A stretch of DNA of 63,593 nt, filler included, from Licmophora abbreviata (GCA_900291995.1; 17 parts of 17 records of this genome joined end to end with filler, not necessarily neighbours in it); one strand, 5' to 3'. Counted from the first letter of the whole stretch, positions 18,210 to 29,744 are shown. Program-made: numbers and translations. The notes: generated from the letters alone by a model not told the origin.

Positions 18210-19594
18210 AATACATCTCGACCCGGGGCGCCGCCCCCGTTCTGAGCTTCGAAGAGGCGATGCTGACCGGGCTGGCGCGCGATGGCGGGCTTTATCTGCC
18301 GCAGAGCATCCCGCATATGAGCTTTGCCGAGATCGCCGCGCTGGATGGCCAGAGCTATGAAGAGGTGGCGTTTCGCGTGATGCGGCCGTTTATCGGCGAC
18401 GCCTTCACCGATGATGAGTTCCGCGAGATCATCGCCCGCGCCTATGCGGGCTTCGGCCATGTGGCGCGCGCGCCGCTCAAGCAGCTCGACAGCGGGCATT
18501 TCCTGCTCGAGCTGTTCCACGGCCCGACGCTGGCGTTCAAGGATTTCGCCATGCAGCTCATCGGGCAGATGTTCGAGGCCTCGCTCAAGCGCAGCGGGCG
18601 GCGGGTGTGCATCGTCGGCGCCACCAGCGGCGACACGGGCTCTGCCGCGATCGAGGCGTTCCGGGGTCTGGATGCGGTCGATGTGTTCATCCTCTATCCG
18701 CATGGGCGCGTGTCCGAGGTGCAGCGCCGCCAGATGACCACGCCGACCGAATCGAATGTGCACGCGCTGGCCATCGACGGGTATTTCGACGATGCGCAGG
18801 CGCGCGTGAAGGATATGTTCAACGATTTCGAGTTCCGCGATGCGGTGGGGCTTGCGGGCGTCAACTCGATCAACTGGGCGCGGGTGCTGGCGCAGGTGGT
18901 CTATTACTTCACCTCCGCCGTGAGCCTTGGCGCGCCGCATCGCGCCGTCAGTTTCACCGTGCCCACGGGCAATTTCGGCGATGTCTTCGCGGGCTATATC
19001 GCGCGGCGCATGGGCCTGCCGATCGACCGGCTGGTGGTGGCCACCAATCAGAACGACATCCTGCATCGTTGCCTGAGCGGGGGGGCGTATGTGCCCGATG
19101 GGGTGATCCCGTCGATCAGCCCGTCGATGGACATTCAGGTGAGTTCCAACTTTGAACGCGCCCTGTTCTATGCCTATGGCGAGGATGGCGCGGCGGTGGC
19201 GCAGCTGATGGACGAGCTGAAGGCCGGGGGCTTTCACGTCAGTCAAGGCGCCTTGGAGGGGCTGCGCGAGGCGTTTGCCTCGGGGCGCTGCGACGAGGAG
19301 GAAACCCGCGCCACGATCCTGCAGACATGGGCCGGCACGGGCGAGCTTTTGTGCCCGCACAGCGCCGTGGGCGTCAAGGTGGCCGAAGAGATGCGCCGCC
19401 CCGACGTGCCGATGGTCACGCTTGCCACGGCCCATCCCGCCAAGTTCCCGGCGGCGGTCGAAGAGGCGTCGGGCGTGCATCCCCCCTTGCCCGAGCGCAT
19501 GTCGGACCTGTATGAGCGGTCCGAACGCGTGACGCGGGTCGCCAACGACCTTGCCGCGATTGAAACACTCATCAAGGAACGGACCGCGCATTGA
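18206..19594 (+). CDS. thrC: Threonine synthase
   Basis: YISTRG, GLARDGGLY, ELFHGPTLAFKD (PLP Lys), ATSGDTG, NSINWAR. Confidence 0.97.
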   Translation: MKYISTRGAAPVLSFEEAMLTGLARDGGLYLPQSIPHMSFAEIAALDGQSYEEVAFRVMRPFIGDAFTDDEFREIIARAYAGFGHVARAPLKQLDSGHFLLELFHGPTLAFKDFAMQLIGQMFEASLKRSGRRVCIVGATSGDTGSAAIEAFRGLDAVDVFILYPHGRVSEVQRRQMTTPTESNVHALAIDGYFDDAQARVKDMFNDFEFRDAVGLAGVNSINWARVLAQVVYYFTSAVSLGAPHRAVSFTVPTGNFGDVFAGYIARRMGLPIDRLVVATNQNDILHRCLSGGAYVPDGVIPSISPSMDIQVSSNFERALFYAYGEDGAAVAQLMDELKAGGFHVSQGALEGLREAFASGRCDEEETRATILQTWAGTGELLCPHSAVGVKVAEEMRRPDVPMVTLATAHPAKFPAAVEEASGVHPPLPERMSDLYERSERVTRVANDLAAIETLIKERTAH

Positions 19595-20914
19595 CCGTCA
19601 ACCTGACCACTCTGGACAATGGATTTCGCATCGTCACCGAGGCGATGCCGGGCCTGCAATCGGCGGCCATCGGCATCTGGGTGAATGCAGGCGCGCGCCA
19701 TGAGCGCGCCGAACAGAACGGCATCGCCCATTTCCTTGAACATATGGCGTTCAAGGGCACCAAGACGCGCAGCGCGCTGGCCATCGCCGAGGCGATCGAG
19801 GATGTGGGCGGCTATATCAACGCCTATACCAGCCGCGAGGTCACGGCCTATTACGCCCGCGTGTTGAAGGATGATGTGCCGCTGGCGCTGGACGTGGTGG
19901 CCGATATCCTGCGCAACCCGCTGTTCGAGGGCCGCGAGATCGAGGTCGAGCGCGGCGTGATCCTGCAGGAGATCGGTCAGGCGCTGGATACGCCCGACGA
20001 CATCATCTTCGACTGGTTGCAGGAAAAGGCCTATCCCGATCATCCGCTTGGCCGCACGATCCTTGGCCCCGAAGAGCGCGTGGGCGCGTTTTCGCGCGCC
20101 GATCTGACGGGCTTTGTGAACGAGCATTACGGGCCGGGGCAGATGGTTCTGGCTGCCGCCGGTGCGGTGGATCATGACGCCATCGTGCGCGATGCCGAAA
20201 GGCTCTTTGGCGACATGACGCCCAAGGCGCCCTATACCCCGGATGCCGCGCGTTTTGCGGGTGGTGAAAGCCGTCGGGTCAAGACGCTGGAGCAGGCGCA
20301 TTTCGCGCTGGCCTTCGAGGCGCCGGATTATGCGCATCCCGATATCTTCACCGCGCAGATNNNNNNNNNNNNNNNNNNNNNNNNNNNNNNNNNNNNNNNN
20401 NNNNTTAATTAATTAANNNNNNNNNNNNNNNNNNNNNNNNNNNNNNNNNNNNNNNNNNNNGTTTCAGGAGATCCGCGAACAGCGCGGGCTGTGCTACACG
20501 ATCTTCGCGCAGGCGGGCGCCTATTCGGATACCGGCATGATGACGATCTATGCGGGCACGTCGGCGGCCGAAATGGCCAATCTGGCGGAAATCACCGTGG
20601 ACGAGATGAAGCGCGCTGCAGAGGATTTCACATCCGAAGAGATCGAGCGCGCCCGCGCGCAGATGAAAGCCGGTCTGCTGATGGGGCTGGAAAGCCCCTC
20701 GAACCGGGCCGAGCGTCTGGCGCGCATGTTGCAGATCTGGGGCCGGGTGCCCGATCTGCCCGAGGTGGTCGAGCGCATCGACGCGGTCACGCTGCAGGAT
20801 GTGCGCCGCCTTGCGCAAACCACGATCTCGGACGCGCCGGTGGCCATGGCGCTTTACGGTCCTGTCGAAGCGGCCCCAAGCCTTGAGGCGCTTCAGGACA
20901 GGCGCGCCGCCTGA
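19591..20914 (+). CDS. M16-family (pitrilysin/MPP-like) zinc peptidase, interrupted by linker 20361-20460
   Basis: HFLEH inverted zinc motif, NAYTS; after gap FQEIREQRGLCY. Confidence 0.93.
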
Positions 20915-21498
20915 TGTTCCTGCCACGCCGGAAAGTCAGGATCGAGACCGAGCGTCTGACCCTGCGACAGCCGGTGCTGACCGATTACAGGGACTGGTCC
21001 GAGCTGCGCGAACAAAGTGCCGATTTCCTGATCCCGTGGGAGCCGATATGGGCCGAGGATCACCTTGCGCGCAAGGCGTTTTCCAACCGTGTCTACTGGG
21101 CGCAGCGGTCCATCTCGCAAGGCACGGCGCTGCCGCTGTTTCTCATTCGGCGTGAAGACAGCACGATGGTGGGCGCGATCACGCTGGACAATATCCGGCG
21201 CGGGCCGGCGCAGGCGGGCACGCTGGGATACTGGACCGGCGAGGCCCATGCGCGGCAAGGCTATATGCGCGAGGCGATCCTCGGGGTGGTGCATCACGCC
21301 TTCGACCGGCTAGACCTGAGCCGGATCGAAGCAGCGTGCCTGCCCGAGAACCAGCCCTCGCGCGGGTTGCTGGAAAAATGCGGCTTCAAATACGAAGGCG
21401 TCGCGCAAAGCTATCTGCAGATCAACGGGCGCTGGCGAACGCATGTGCTTTATGCGTCGCTGCGCCGTGACCGGCGGGGCCGAACGGAAACCGGCTGA
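20914..21498 (+). CDS. GNAT acetyltransferase, RimJ-like
   Basis: IETERLTLR, LGYW, ARQGYMREA, HRI/SRIEAACLPEN-type motif. Confidence 0.88.
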   Translation: MFLPRRKVRIETERLTLRQPVLTDYRDWSELREQSADFLIPWEPIWAEDHLARKAFSNRVYWAQRSISQGTALPLFLIRREDSTMVGAITLDNIRRGPAQAGTLGYWTGEAHARQGYMREAILGVVHHAFDRLDLSRIEAACLPENQPSRGLLEKCGFKYEGVAQSYLQINGRWRTHVLYASLRRDRRGRTETG

Positions 21499-21585
21499 GA
21501 CCGGACGCGTGGCGCCCCTGCAAAGCTGGGGCTGACGCGGGGCGATTCCGTGCTACCTTTCGTTGCGTAAACGGAGGGTGCTTCC

Positions 21586-22419
21586 ATGATCCGACTTTTG
21601 TTTGCTCTTGTCCTGTCCCTTGCGGGCGCGACCACCATGACCCATGCGCAGGCGCGCCAGCCCAGCCATTGCATCGCCATCGCGCAGAATACGCCGGGCA
21701 TCGAGTATCTGCACAAGGCCAGTTTCCGCGCGCCGGTGCCCGAATTCTCGGCACGGCTGCGCTATATCGCCCATGCCTCGTTCCTGATCCAGACCGAAGA
21801 CGGGCTGTCGGCGGTCACCGATTTCACCGGCTTCGTCGGCAATGTGGATTTCATCCCCGACGTGGTGACGATGAACCACGCCCATTCGACCCATTGGACT
21901 CCCAATCCAGACCCGGCGATCCCGCATGTGCTGCCCGGCTGGGGCGAGGAGTTCGGCGCCGGGATCGAGCATTATCTCGATCTGGGGGGCATGGTGGTGC
22001 GCAATGTCTCGACCGATATCCGAAGCTGGGATGGCGGGGTCGAGCCGAAGGGCAATTCGATCTTCGTCTTCGAGGTGGCGGGCCTGTGCATCGGTCATCT
22101 GGGGCATTTGCATCAGGAACCGAGCGACGAGCAATATGCCGCCCTTGGCCGGATGGATGTGGTGATGGCGCCGGTGGATGGCGGCTTTACCCTGCCGCTC
22201 GAGAACATGATCAGCGTGCTCAATCGCATGAAGGCGCGGATCGTGATCCCGATGCATTGGTTCGCCGATGGCTCTCTGGGGCGGTTCCTCGCCGGGATGG
22301 AGGGTGAGTTCGATATCGTGGAAACCGGCGGCAGCGAGATCACCGTGTCGCTGCGCGATCTGCCGGACCGGCCCACGATCATGGTGCTGCGCCCTTCGTA
22401 TCTGCGCGAGGACGAGTAG
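21586..22419 (+). CDS. Exported MBL-fold metallo-hydrolase
   Basis: Signal peptide; HASFLI, NHAHSTH, GHLGH, IPMH. Confidence 0.85.
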   Translation: MIRLLFALVLSLAGATTMTHAQARQPSHCIAIAQNTPGIEYLHKASFRAPVPEFSARLRYIAHASFLIQTEDGLSAVTDFTGFVGNVDFIPDVVTMNHAHSTHWTPNPDPAIPHVLPGWGEEFGAGIEHYLDLGGMVVRNVSTDIRSWDGGVEPKGNSIFVFEVAGLCIGHLGHLHQEPSDEQYAALGRMDVVMAPVDGGFTLPLENMISVLNRMKARIVIPMHWFADGSLGRFLAGMEGEFDIVETGGSEITVSLRDLPDRPTIMVLRPSYLREDE

Positions 22420-22472
22420 CACGGGGGCGATTGGGGGCTGGACCATTCCGACCGGCATGATAGCTAATCGGC

Positions 22473-23897
22473 ATGGCTTTGAACCCTGTCACACCCGACA
22501 TCATCGCGCGCCTGAAGGGCGCGCTTCCCGCGTCCGCCTTCCGCGAGGCGGTGCCGCATTACCTTGAAGAGCCGCGTGGCCGTTGGGCCGGGCAGGCGGG
22601 GGTGATCGTGGCCCCTGAAACGGTCGAGCAGGTCTCGGCCGTGATCCGCGCGGCGGCACATGACCGCGTGCCGGTGCTGCCTTATGGCGGGGGGACCGGG
22701 CTGGTCGGCGGACAGATCAGCGCCGAGGGGACCCCCCCGATCCTGCTGAGCCTCGAGCGGATGCGCGCGATCCGGGGGCTTTATCCCGAAGAGAACCTGA
22801 TGATCGTCGAGGCGGGCGCGATCCTGTCGGATGTGCATGACGCGGCGCTTGGCGCGGACCGGCTTTACCCGCTCAGCATCGCCTCGAAGGGCAGCGCGCG
22901 GATCGGCGGGTTGCTGGCCACCAATGCGGGCGGGGTCAATGTGCTGCGCTACGGCAATGCGCGCGAGCTTTGCGTGGGGCTGGAGGCGGTGTTGCCCGAC
23001 GGCCAGATCTGGCACGGGCTCAAGCGGTTGCGCAAGGACAACACCGGCTATGATCTGCGGGATCTGCTGATCGGCTCGGAAGGGACGTTGGGGGTCATCA
23101 CCGCGGCCACGCTGCGGCTGGCGCCGCGCCCTGCGGGCGAGGGGACGGCGCTGATGGTTGTCGACAGCCCCGCCGCCGCCTTGGCGCTTTTGTCGATGGC
23201 GCGCGATCACATGGGGGAGGGGGTCAGCGCCTTCGAGCTGATGCACCGTGCCGGGCTGGAATTTCTGGCCGAAACGCTGCCCGATATCCGCCAGCCCTTT
23301 GCCGACCCGCCTGAATGGTTCGTGCTGATCGATGTGGGTCTGGCGCGCGGGCTGGATCCGGCAACGGCGCTCGAGACCCTCTTTGCCCAAGCGTTCGAGG
23401 CCGGTCTGGTGAGCGACGGGATGATCGCCAGCTCCGAAGCGCAGCGCCATGCCTTCTGGGAGGTGCGCGAACAGATCCCCGAGGCGAACCGGCGCATCGG
23501 CTCGGTCAGTTCGCATGACATCTCGCTGCCGCTTGGCGCGATCCCCGAGTTCATCGCGCGCGCGCCGGATGTCATCGCGCGGATCGGCGCGTTCCGGATC
23601 AATTGTTTCGGCCATCTGGGCGATGGCAACCTGCATTACAACGTGTTTCCGATGCCGGGTCGCAGCCGCCACGATCACTTGGCCGAACGCGGCGCGATCA
23701 AGCAGGCGGTGCATGATCTGGTGGACGAGATGGGCGGATCGGTCAGCGCCGAACACGGGATCGGGCGGCTCAAGGTGGCGGATCTGGAGCGTTATGGCGA
23801 TCCTGCCAAGCTGTCGGCGATGCGCGCCATCAAGGCGGCCCTTGATCCGTTGGGCATCATGAATCCCGGCGCGGTGCTGCGGGCCGAGGCCATATAA
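22473..23897 (+). CDS. FAD-binding oxidoreductase (D-2-hydroxyacid dehydrogenase/GlcD family)
   Basis: GGGTGLVGG, ATNAGG, GSEGTLG, GHLGDGNLH, SAEHGIG. Confidence 0.92.
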   Translation: MALNPVTPDIIARLKGALPASAFREAVPHYLEEPRGRWAGQAGVIVAPETVEQVSAVIRAAAHDRVPVLPYGGGTGLVGGQISAEGTPPILLSLERMRAIRGLYPEENLMIVEAGAILSDVHDAALGADRLYPLSIASKGSARIGGLLATNAGGVNVLRYGNARELCVGLEAVLPDGQIWHGLKRLRKDNTGYDLRDLLIGSEGTLGVITAATLRLAPRPAGEGTALMVVDSPAAALALLSMARDHMGEGVSAFELMHRAGLEFLAETLPDIRQPFADPPEWFVLIDVGLARGLDPATALETLFAQAFEAGLVSDGMIASSEAQRHAFWEVREQIPEANRRIGSVSSHDISLPLGAIPEFIARAPDVIARIGAFRINCFGHLGDGNLHYNVFPMPGRSRHDHLAERGAIKQAVHDLVDEMGGSVSAEHGIGRLKVADLERYGDPAKLSAMRAIKAALDPLGIMNPGAVLRAEAI

Positions 23898-23984
23898 TTC
23901 GCGCAACAGCCATGGCCCGCCTAATAGGGCCGGGCTTTGCGCCGTTATCTCCCTGACAAGTGTAACCTTGAGGGAGACGAACGA

Positions 23985-25424
23985 ATGTTCGATCGGGATT
24001 TTGACCTGGCAGTGCAGGCCGAGGGGGAGACCGGCGGCGATGCGATGGATCTTTCATCCGTATCCGATATCGCCCGCCGTATCGGTGATCTGGCGGTGTC
24101 CATCGCCGCAGTTTCGGGCGATGTGCAGGATGTCTCCGAGTTGGCGGTGCGGCAGCGCGACGGCTTTCTGGTCATCAAGGACCGGATGCGCGACATGGCC
24201 ACGCATGGCTTGCAGGTGCGCGACGCCGCTGCGTCGGCGCTGGAACAATCCGGCGCTGCCGAGGAACGCATCGGCCTGACCAGTTCGCATCTGGCGCAGA
24301 TGGTCGTGCAGGTGGCCAATCTGACCGAACAGGTCGCGGTCATCAGCGAGCGGCTGACGCGGGTGGCCGAAACGGTCAAAAGCGTCACCAAGGTGTCGCA
24401 GCACGTGGCGGGGATCGCGCGTCACACCAACCTTCTGTCGCTCAATGCGGCGGTCGAGGCCGCGCGCGCCGGGGAATATGGCCGGGGCTTTGCCGTGGTG
24501 GCGGGCGAGGTCAAGAACCTGTCCACACAGGCCAGTTCGGCCACCGCCGAGATCACCGGCACGGTCGACAAACTGGCCGAGGAGCTGAATTCCCTGATCG
24601 GTCAGGTCACGGATGCGGGCAGCCTTGCCGACAAGATCCGTGACGTGACCGGCGCGGTCGAGGATGACGTTCACGCGCTGCCCGAAACCTTCGCGACCGT
24701 CCGCCGCGCCCAAGAAGACATCGTGTCGGCCTCCCGGAGCATTGAAGGCTCGATCATGGATACCCAGCAGCAGGTCGAGACCCTGACCGACACGGTGGAG
24801 CAATCCACCGTCAGCCTTTCGACGGCGTCGGACAAGCTGTTCGATGTGACCGATGCCTCCGAGACGATCACAGGGATTTCCGCGCGTTTGGGTGTGCAGA
24901 CCGTCGACACGCCTTACGTCGATGCGGTGTGCGATGCAGCCGCCGCGATCTCGCGAATTTTCGAGGAGTCCGTTACGCGCGGGGCCATATCGGTGCACGA
25001 TCTGTTCGACGAGGCGTATACCGTCATTCCCGGATCGGACCCGCAGCAGCATATGACGCGTTTCGTCCATTTCACCGACCGTATGTTGCCCGGGATACAG
25101 GAGCCGATGCTGAATTTCTCGGAGCAGGTCGTGTTCTGTGCCGCGACCGATCGCAACGGCTATATCGCGACCCATAATCTCAAGTTCAGCCGCCCGCAGG
25201 ACGCGGGGGCCGTCGAGTGGAACGCCAAGCATTCCCGCAACCGGCGCATCTTCAATGACCGTGTCGGGCTGCGTGCGGGTCAAAGCCAGCGGCCCTTCCT
25301 GGTGCAGGCCTATCGCCGTGACATGGGCGGTGGCGAATACCGCATGATGAAGGACGTCTCGGCCCCGATCACGGTCAATGGCCGCCATTGGGGCGGGTTG
25401 CGGCTGGCCTATCTGGTGGGCTGA
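23985..25424 (+). CDS. Soluble methyl-accepting chemotaxis protein with C-terminal extra domain
   Basis: MCP hairpin [37 protein letters not shown]; no TM segment seen; GGGAG RBS before ATG 23985. Confidence 0.9.
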   Translation: MFDRDFDLAVQAEGETGGDAMDLSSVSDIARRIGDLAVSIAAVSGDVQDVSELAVRQRDGFLVIKDRMRDMATHGLQVRDAAASALEQSGAAEERIGLTSSHLAQMVVQVANLTEQVAVISERLTRVAETVKSVTKVSQHVAGIARHTNLLSLNAAVEAARAGEYGRGFAVVAGEVKNLSTQASSATAEITGTVDKLAEELNSLIGQVTDAGSLADKIRDVTGAVEDDVHALPETFATVRRAQEDIVSASRSIEGSIMDTQQQVETLTDTVEQSTVSLSTASDKLFDVTDASETITGISARLGVQTVDTPYVDAVCDAAAAISRIFEESVTRGAISVHDLFDEAYTVIPGSDPQQHMTRFVHFTDRMLPGIQEPMLNFSEQVVFCAATDRNGYIATHNLKFSRPQDAGAVEWNAKHSRNRRIFNDRVGLRAGQSQRPFLVQAYRRDMGGGEYRMMKDVSAPITVNGRHWGGLRLAYLVG

Positions 25425-25436
25425 CACAGGCTATCA

Positions 25437-25459
25437 TGGGGCGCGGGTGACGCGCCCCA
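25437..25459. terminator. Hairpin between convergent genes
   Basis: TGGGGCGCG-ggtga-CGCGCCCCA; no U-tract. Confidence 0.4.
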
Positions 25460-25467
25460 CGTCCGGA

Positions 25468-25947
25468 CTATTCGTCTAGCGATCCGTGGATCGCAAATTG
25501 CTCGATCCCGGCATCCTGCGCTTCGATCACGCGAAACGTCTCGCGCACGCCCGACGGGGTCAGTTCCCGCGCCACGGTCAGCAGCGTGTTGGGGGGGTGA
25601 TCCTCGCACAGCTCGATCATATGGTCGAGCTCGGCCTCGGCCACGGGGCGGGCTGCCTCGGGGCTGGGGGCGCCATAGACATCGACGAAATGCCGCGCCA
25701 GCGCATCGGCGAGCGCGTCGCGCTCGGCCGGCTCGATCTGGGTGACGGCGACAAAGGTCACCCGGCCAAAGGTTTCCACCCCCAGCCAGCCATTGGAAAA
25801 CGCCTGTCGCGGCTTGCCGGTCAGATCGGCCTCGGACCAGTTCGAAAACTCGAACCCGCCCGCGACGCACCATTCCCCGGTGCGTGCCGGGCTTGCATAG
25901 ACACGCATGTCGCTTTCGTCGAAATGGATCGCACGGGCCAGTTTCAT
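25468..25947 (-). CDS. Conserved FDH-cluster accessory protein (DUF6505-like)
   Basis: LARAIHFDESD...GEWCVAGGFEF...KPRQAFSNGWLG; context. Confidence 0.7.
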   Translation of the reverse strand: MKLARAIHFDESDMRVYASPARTGEWCVAGGFEFSNWSEADLTGKPRQAFSNGWLGVETFGRVTFVAVTQIEPAERDALADALARHFVDVYGAPSPEAARPVAEAELDHMIELCEDHPPNTLLTVARELTPSGVRETFRVIEAQDAGIEQFAIHGSLDE

Positions 25948-26025
25948 GAGCTTTTCTCCAGAACGCTGCTCAGCGGGATGAGATGCGTTTTCGTGTCGTC
26001 GCGCAAGAGCATCCCGAAATTCTCG
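25944..26025 (-). CDS. 3' end of biotin/lipoate-ligase-like protein (DUF4444-type C-terminus); rest in gap
   Basis: ENFGMLLRDDTKTHLIPLSSVLEKSS*, with ATGA overlap to next gene. Confidence 0.6.
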
Positions 26026-26125
26026 NNNNNNNNNNNNNNNNNNNNNNNNNNNNNNNNNNNNNNNNNNNNTTAATTAATTAANNNNNNNNNNNNNNNNNNN
26101 NNNNNNNNNNNNNNNNNNNNNNNNN

Positions 26126-26654
26126 CGCCGTGATTGCGCATCGGCAGGATGGTCTTGCCATCGGGGCTGGCGGGGCGGCCCGAGACGCCCAGCATCCTTG
26201 GCTGGCTGGGGCCATAGACATCCGCATCCAGCAAACCGACGCGCCGCCCCTCGGCGGCCAGCGCACAGGCCAGATTGGCCGAGACGGTGGATTTGCCCAC
26301 GCCGCCCTTGCCGCTGGCGATGGCGATGATGTGATTGATGCCGGGCACGTGCTGCGGCCCTTGCGGTTCGGCCTTGCGCTGCGGCTTGAGATCGGGGGGC
26401 TGCTTGGCGGAATGCCCCGTCAGCACCGCCGAGACACTGGCCACCCCCGCGAGCGCTTTGACCGCAGCTTCGGCCTCGGCGCGCACCGTCTCGTAGATAT
26501 CGGCCTTTGCGGGGTCGATCTCGAGCACGAAACGCACGGTGTCGCCTTCGACGTTCAGCCCGCGCATCACGCCTGCCGATACGATATCCGAGCCGCTCAC
26601 GGGGTCATTGACCGCCTTCAGCGCCTCGAGAACGGTTTCTCTCGTCAGAGCCAC
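26126..26654 (-). CDS. mrp: Mrp/NBP35 (ApbC) Fe-S carrier ATPase, 5' part
   Basis: DUF59-like N-terminus, [20 protein letters not shown]. Confidence 0.92.
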
Positions 26655-26656
26655 GG

Positions 26657-26860
26657 TCAGCCTTGCCCCTTGATGATGCCGGTCACTTCGTGTTCGATAT
26701 CCAGCCCTTCGACTGTCAGAACCACGCGCGCCTTGAATTCCTTGCCTTCGAGATCGCCCGCCTCGCGCAGACCGTCCTCGATCGCCTGCTGCGAGGTGAC
26801 GCCCACCTGCTTGAGGAACTTGCGCATGGACATGTTGAAATCACCGATATCGTCGCTCAT
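26657..26860 (-). CDS. Small conserved protein (DUF6494-like)
   Basis: [29 protein letters not shown]; context. Confidence 0.7.
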   Translation of the reverse strand: MSDDIGDFNMSMRKFLKQVGVTSQQAIEDGLREAGDLEGKEFKARVVLTVEGLDIEHEVTGIIKGQG

Positions 26861-26920
26861 TTCCGTCTCCCTCTCTCAAGAATGTTGACGCGGTGGGCCT
26901 TGGCTTTCTACCTTGGGCCC

Positions 26921-27750
26921 ATGCGTCGGCTCATTGTTTCATCCTGCCTTGCCCTGGCAAGCGTGCTTGGCCCCGTCACGGTCGCGGCGGCCGAGGATGT
27001 TCGGCTCGCCGTGCCACCGGCGCTGGTGGACTCGGGCCTGCTGGACTATGTGGTGCCGCGGTTCTCGTTGAAAACCGGGGTTCGGGTCGACATGGTCGGC
27101 GCGCAGGACAGCGCCGATCTGGCGCTGACCAACCAGACAGCGGGAACGCCCGTGTTTCAAGGGCCGAACGCCACATGGAGCCTGATGCGGCTGGATACCG
27201 GCAACGCGGATGCCGCGCGGTTTGCCGACTGGCTCACCGGCGAGATTGGCCGCCGCACGATCACCGCCTTCGAGATCGACGGAACCGCCCCCTTCAGCCT
27301 GCCACAAGAGGTCCGCGTCAAGGCGGTTGCCGTCACCTTTGACGGTGACGCNNNNNNNNNNNNNNNNNNNNNNNNNNNNNNNNNNNNNNNNNNNNTTAAT
27401 TAATTAANNNNNNNNNNNNNNNNNNNNNNNNNNNNNNNNNNNNNNNNNNNNAAATGTGCGGGCGCTGCCATGTGGTGATGGACGAAAAGCGGATGAACGA
27501 TATCGGCTCCGCGCCCTCGTTCTTCGTGCTGCGCGCCATGCGCGACTGGGACAGCCGGTTTCAGGGCTTTTTCGCGCTCAACCCGCATCCCGCCTTCACC
27601 CAGATCAAGGACGTGACCCCGCCCTTTCCCATCGACCGCCCATCGCCCATCGTGCCGGTCGAGATGGATCTCGACCAGCTCGAGGCGATCCTGGCCTATG
27701 TCTCGGATATCGAGCCGGCCGATCTGGGCGCGCCGATCGAACATCAGTGA
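26921..27750 (+). CDS. Exported c-type cytochrome with TupA-like N-terminal domain (interrupted by linker 27352-27451)
   Basis: Signal peptide; DSGLLDYVVPRF and ARFADWLTGEIG segments; CGRCH just after gap. Confidence 0.7.
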
Positions 27751-29744
27751 TCCCGGCGTTTGCTGAGATAATCGTCCGTCGTGCGCACCTGCGGGCGTTC
27801 GCCCCCGGCGAACGGGTTGTCCTTGGAATGGAACTGCGCCTGCACCCGGCAATTGTCGCACATCTGGATCATCCGCGCGGCCTTTTCGTTGGCGAACATC
27901 GCGTGCTTGCCGGCCAGTTTCTCGGTGATCCGCTCGACCGTTGATTTCACCCCGAAAAGCGCGCCGCATTCCACGCAGGCAAACGGCTCTTCCTCGTTCA
28001 GTACCACCTGCGTCATCGCCACATCGGCAAGGTTCAGGCGCCGCTCATAAGTGATCGCATCCTCGGGGCAGACATTCGCGCAGAGCCCGCATTGCAGGCA
28101 GGCATCCTCCTGAAACCGCAGCTGCGGCTTGTCGGGATGTTCCAGAAGCGCGCCTGACGGGCACAGCGACACGCAAGACAGGCACAGCGTGCAGGCATCG
28201 GTATCCACCAGAACCGCGCCATAGGGCGCATCCTCGGGCAGCGGCAGAACCGCATCGGGCGGGTTCAGCGACTTCGCGGCCATCCGGGCCACCTGTCGGC
28301 GGCTGCCCATCAGCAGCACGCTGTCCTCCACCGGCTGGGGCAGATCGCCCGGCGCATAGAGCGCCTCGCACATCGCATCCGGATCGTTCACATCCAGAAG
28401 CGCGATTTTTCCTTCACCGGCAATGGCTTGCGCCAACGGCACTTCACTGTCCAGCGCATCGCGCTCGGTCGTGGGGGCCAGCAGGATCGTGACATCCGCA
28501 AAGCCCGAGGCCAGCGCCGCCAGCATCTCGGCATGCCCAAACCCCGAGATCACGTCGATCTCCATCGGGATCACATCCGCTGGCAATCCGCGCCCATGCC
28601 GCGCCGCAAGCTGGATCATCTGCGTGCCGAACTCCCGGTCGCAGACCAGCAGGCGCGGGGCGATGCCCCCCGCCTTGCGATAAGCCGAGGCCAGCGTCTG
28701 AATGCGCCGGAACGTGGTGTCGGGNNNNNNNNNNNNNNNNNNNNNNNNNNNNNNNNNNNNNNNNNNNNTTAATTAATTAANNNNNNNNNNNNNNNNNNNN
28801 NNNNNNNNNNNNNNNNNNNNNNNNCCCGCACAGATCATCGGGTCGATGGTCACATGCTCGCCCGCCGGGCTGATCGCGCCCGTGGGGCAGATATCAAGGC
28901 AATTGCTGCAGCCGATCTTACCGGCCCGGCTATGGGCGCAGAGCAGCGGCTCCAGTGCCACGTAAAGCGGCTTTTCGAACGTGCCGATCATTTGCGCTGC
29001 GTTCAGCACCGCATCCGCCACCGCCGTGATGCTGCCGGGATCGGCGCGCAGATAACCTTCGCGCTTTTGCGGGGCTGGAAACAGCGCCGTGCCACCCGTC
29101 AGATCGAGGATCACGTCGCATTCGGTCACCGCGCCATCGCGCGGCTCGGTCCATGTCAGCGGGCCACGGCCTGCCGGGTTGACCTGCCGCAGCGCGTCGA
29201 TCTGCACGCGGAACTGGCCAAGGGCCCCCTGTGCGCTGCGCAAATTGCCCCGGATCACGTCGAAGTCGCGGCTTTCGGGCGGGTCGGTCTCGTCGGTCAC
29301 CAACACCGTCACGCCAAGGATCGGGGCCAGCTTGCGGCCTGCCTCTAGCGCCACATCCGACGCGCCGATCACAAGGCACAGCCCCTCCGAGACCACATCC
29401 AGCGTCTTTTCGGCGGGAACATTCAGCGTCGCATCGGCCATCAGCGCGGCCATTTTGGGTAGTTTGGAGCGCGGATCGTCGGACCATCCGGCCCGGTCGC
29501 GCAGGTCGGTGAAAGCGGGGTCAGGCGCCTCCGAATCGGCGGCCAGCTCCTCGAAGATCCGGCGCTCCTGCAGACAGCAAATCACCGCATCTCCGGCGGC
29601 GATTTCCTCGGCCGCGCGGTCCAGCTGCGTTGTGCACAGCCCTGAATGCACCTGCGAGCATGTCAGCCCGGTCGCCTGTTCCAATCCCTCTCGGTCGATC
29701 TCTTGGGTGCCGGAACAGTTACATAAAATCAATCGCTTAGCCAT
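27744..29744 (-). CDS. Multi-4Fe-4S ferredoxin-like protein of FDH cluster (interrupted by linker 28725-28824)
   Basis: CSNCLDICP, CTLCLSCVSLCP, CLQCGLCANVCP, CVECG, CDNC. Confidence 0.9.

Noticed and set aside
19591..20914. Split M16 peptidase (and other genes crossing linkers) as pseudogenes
   Set aside because: Breaks coincide exactly with assembly linkers
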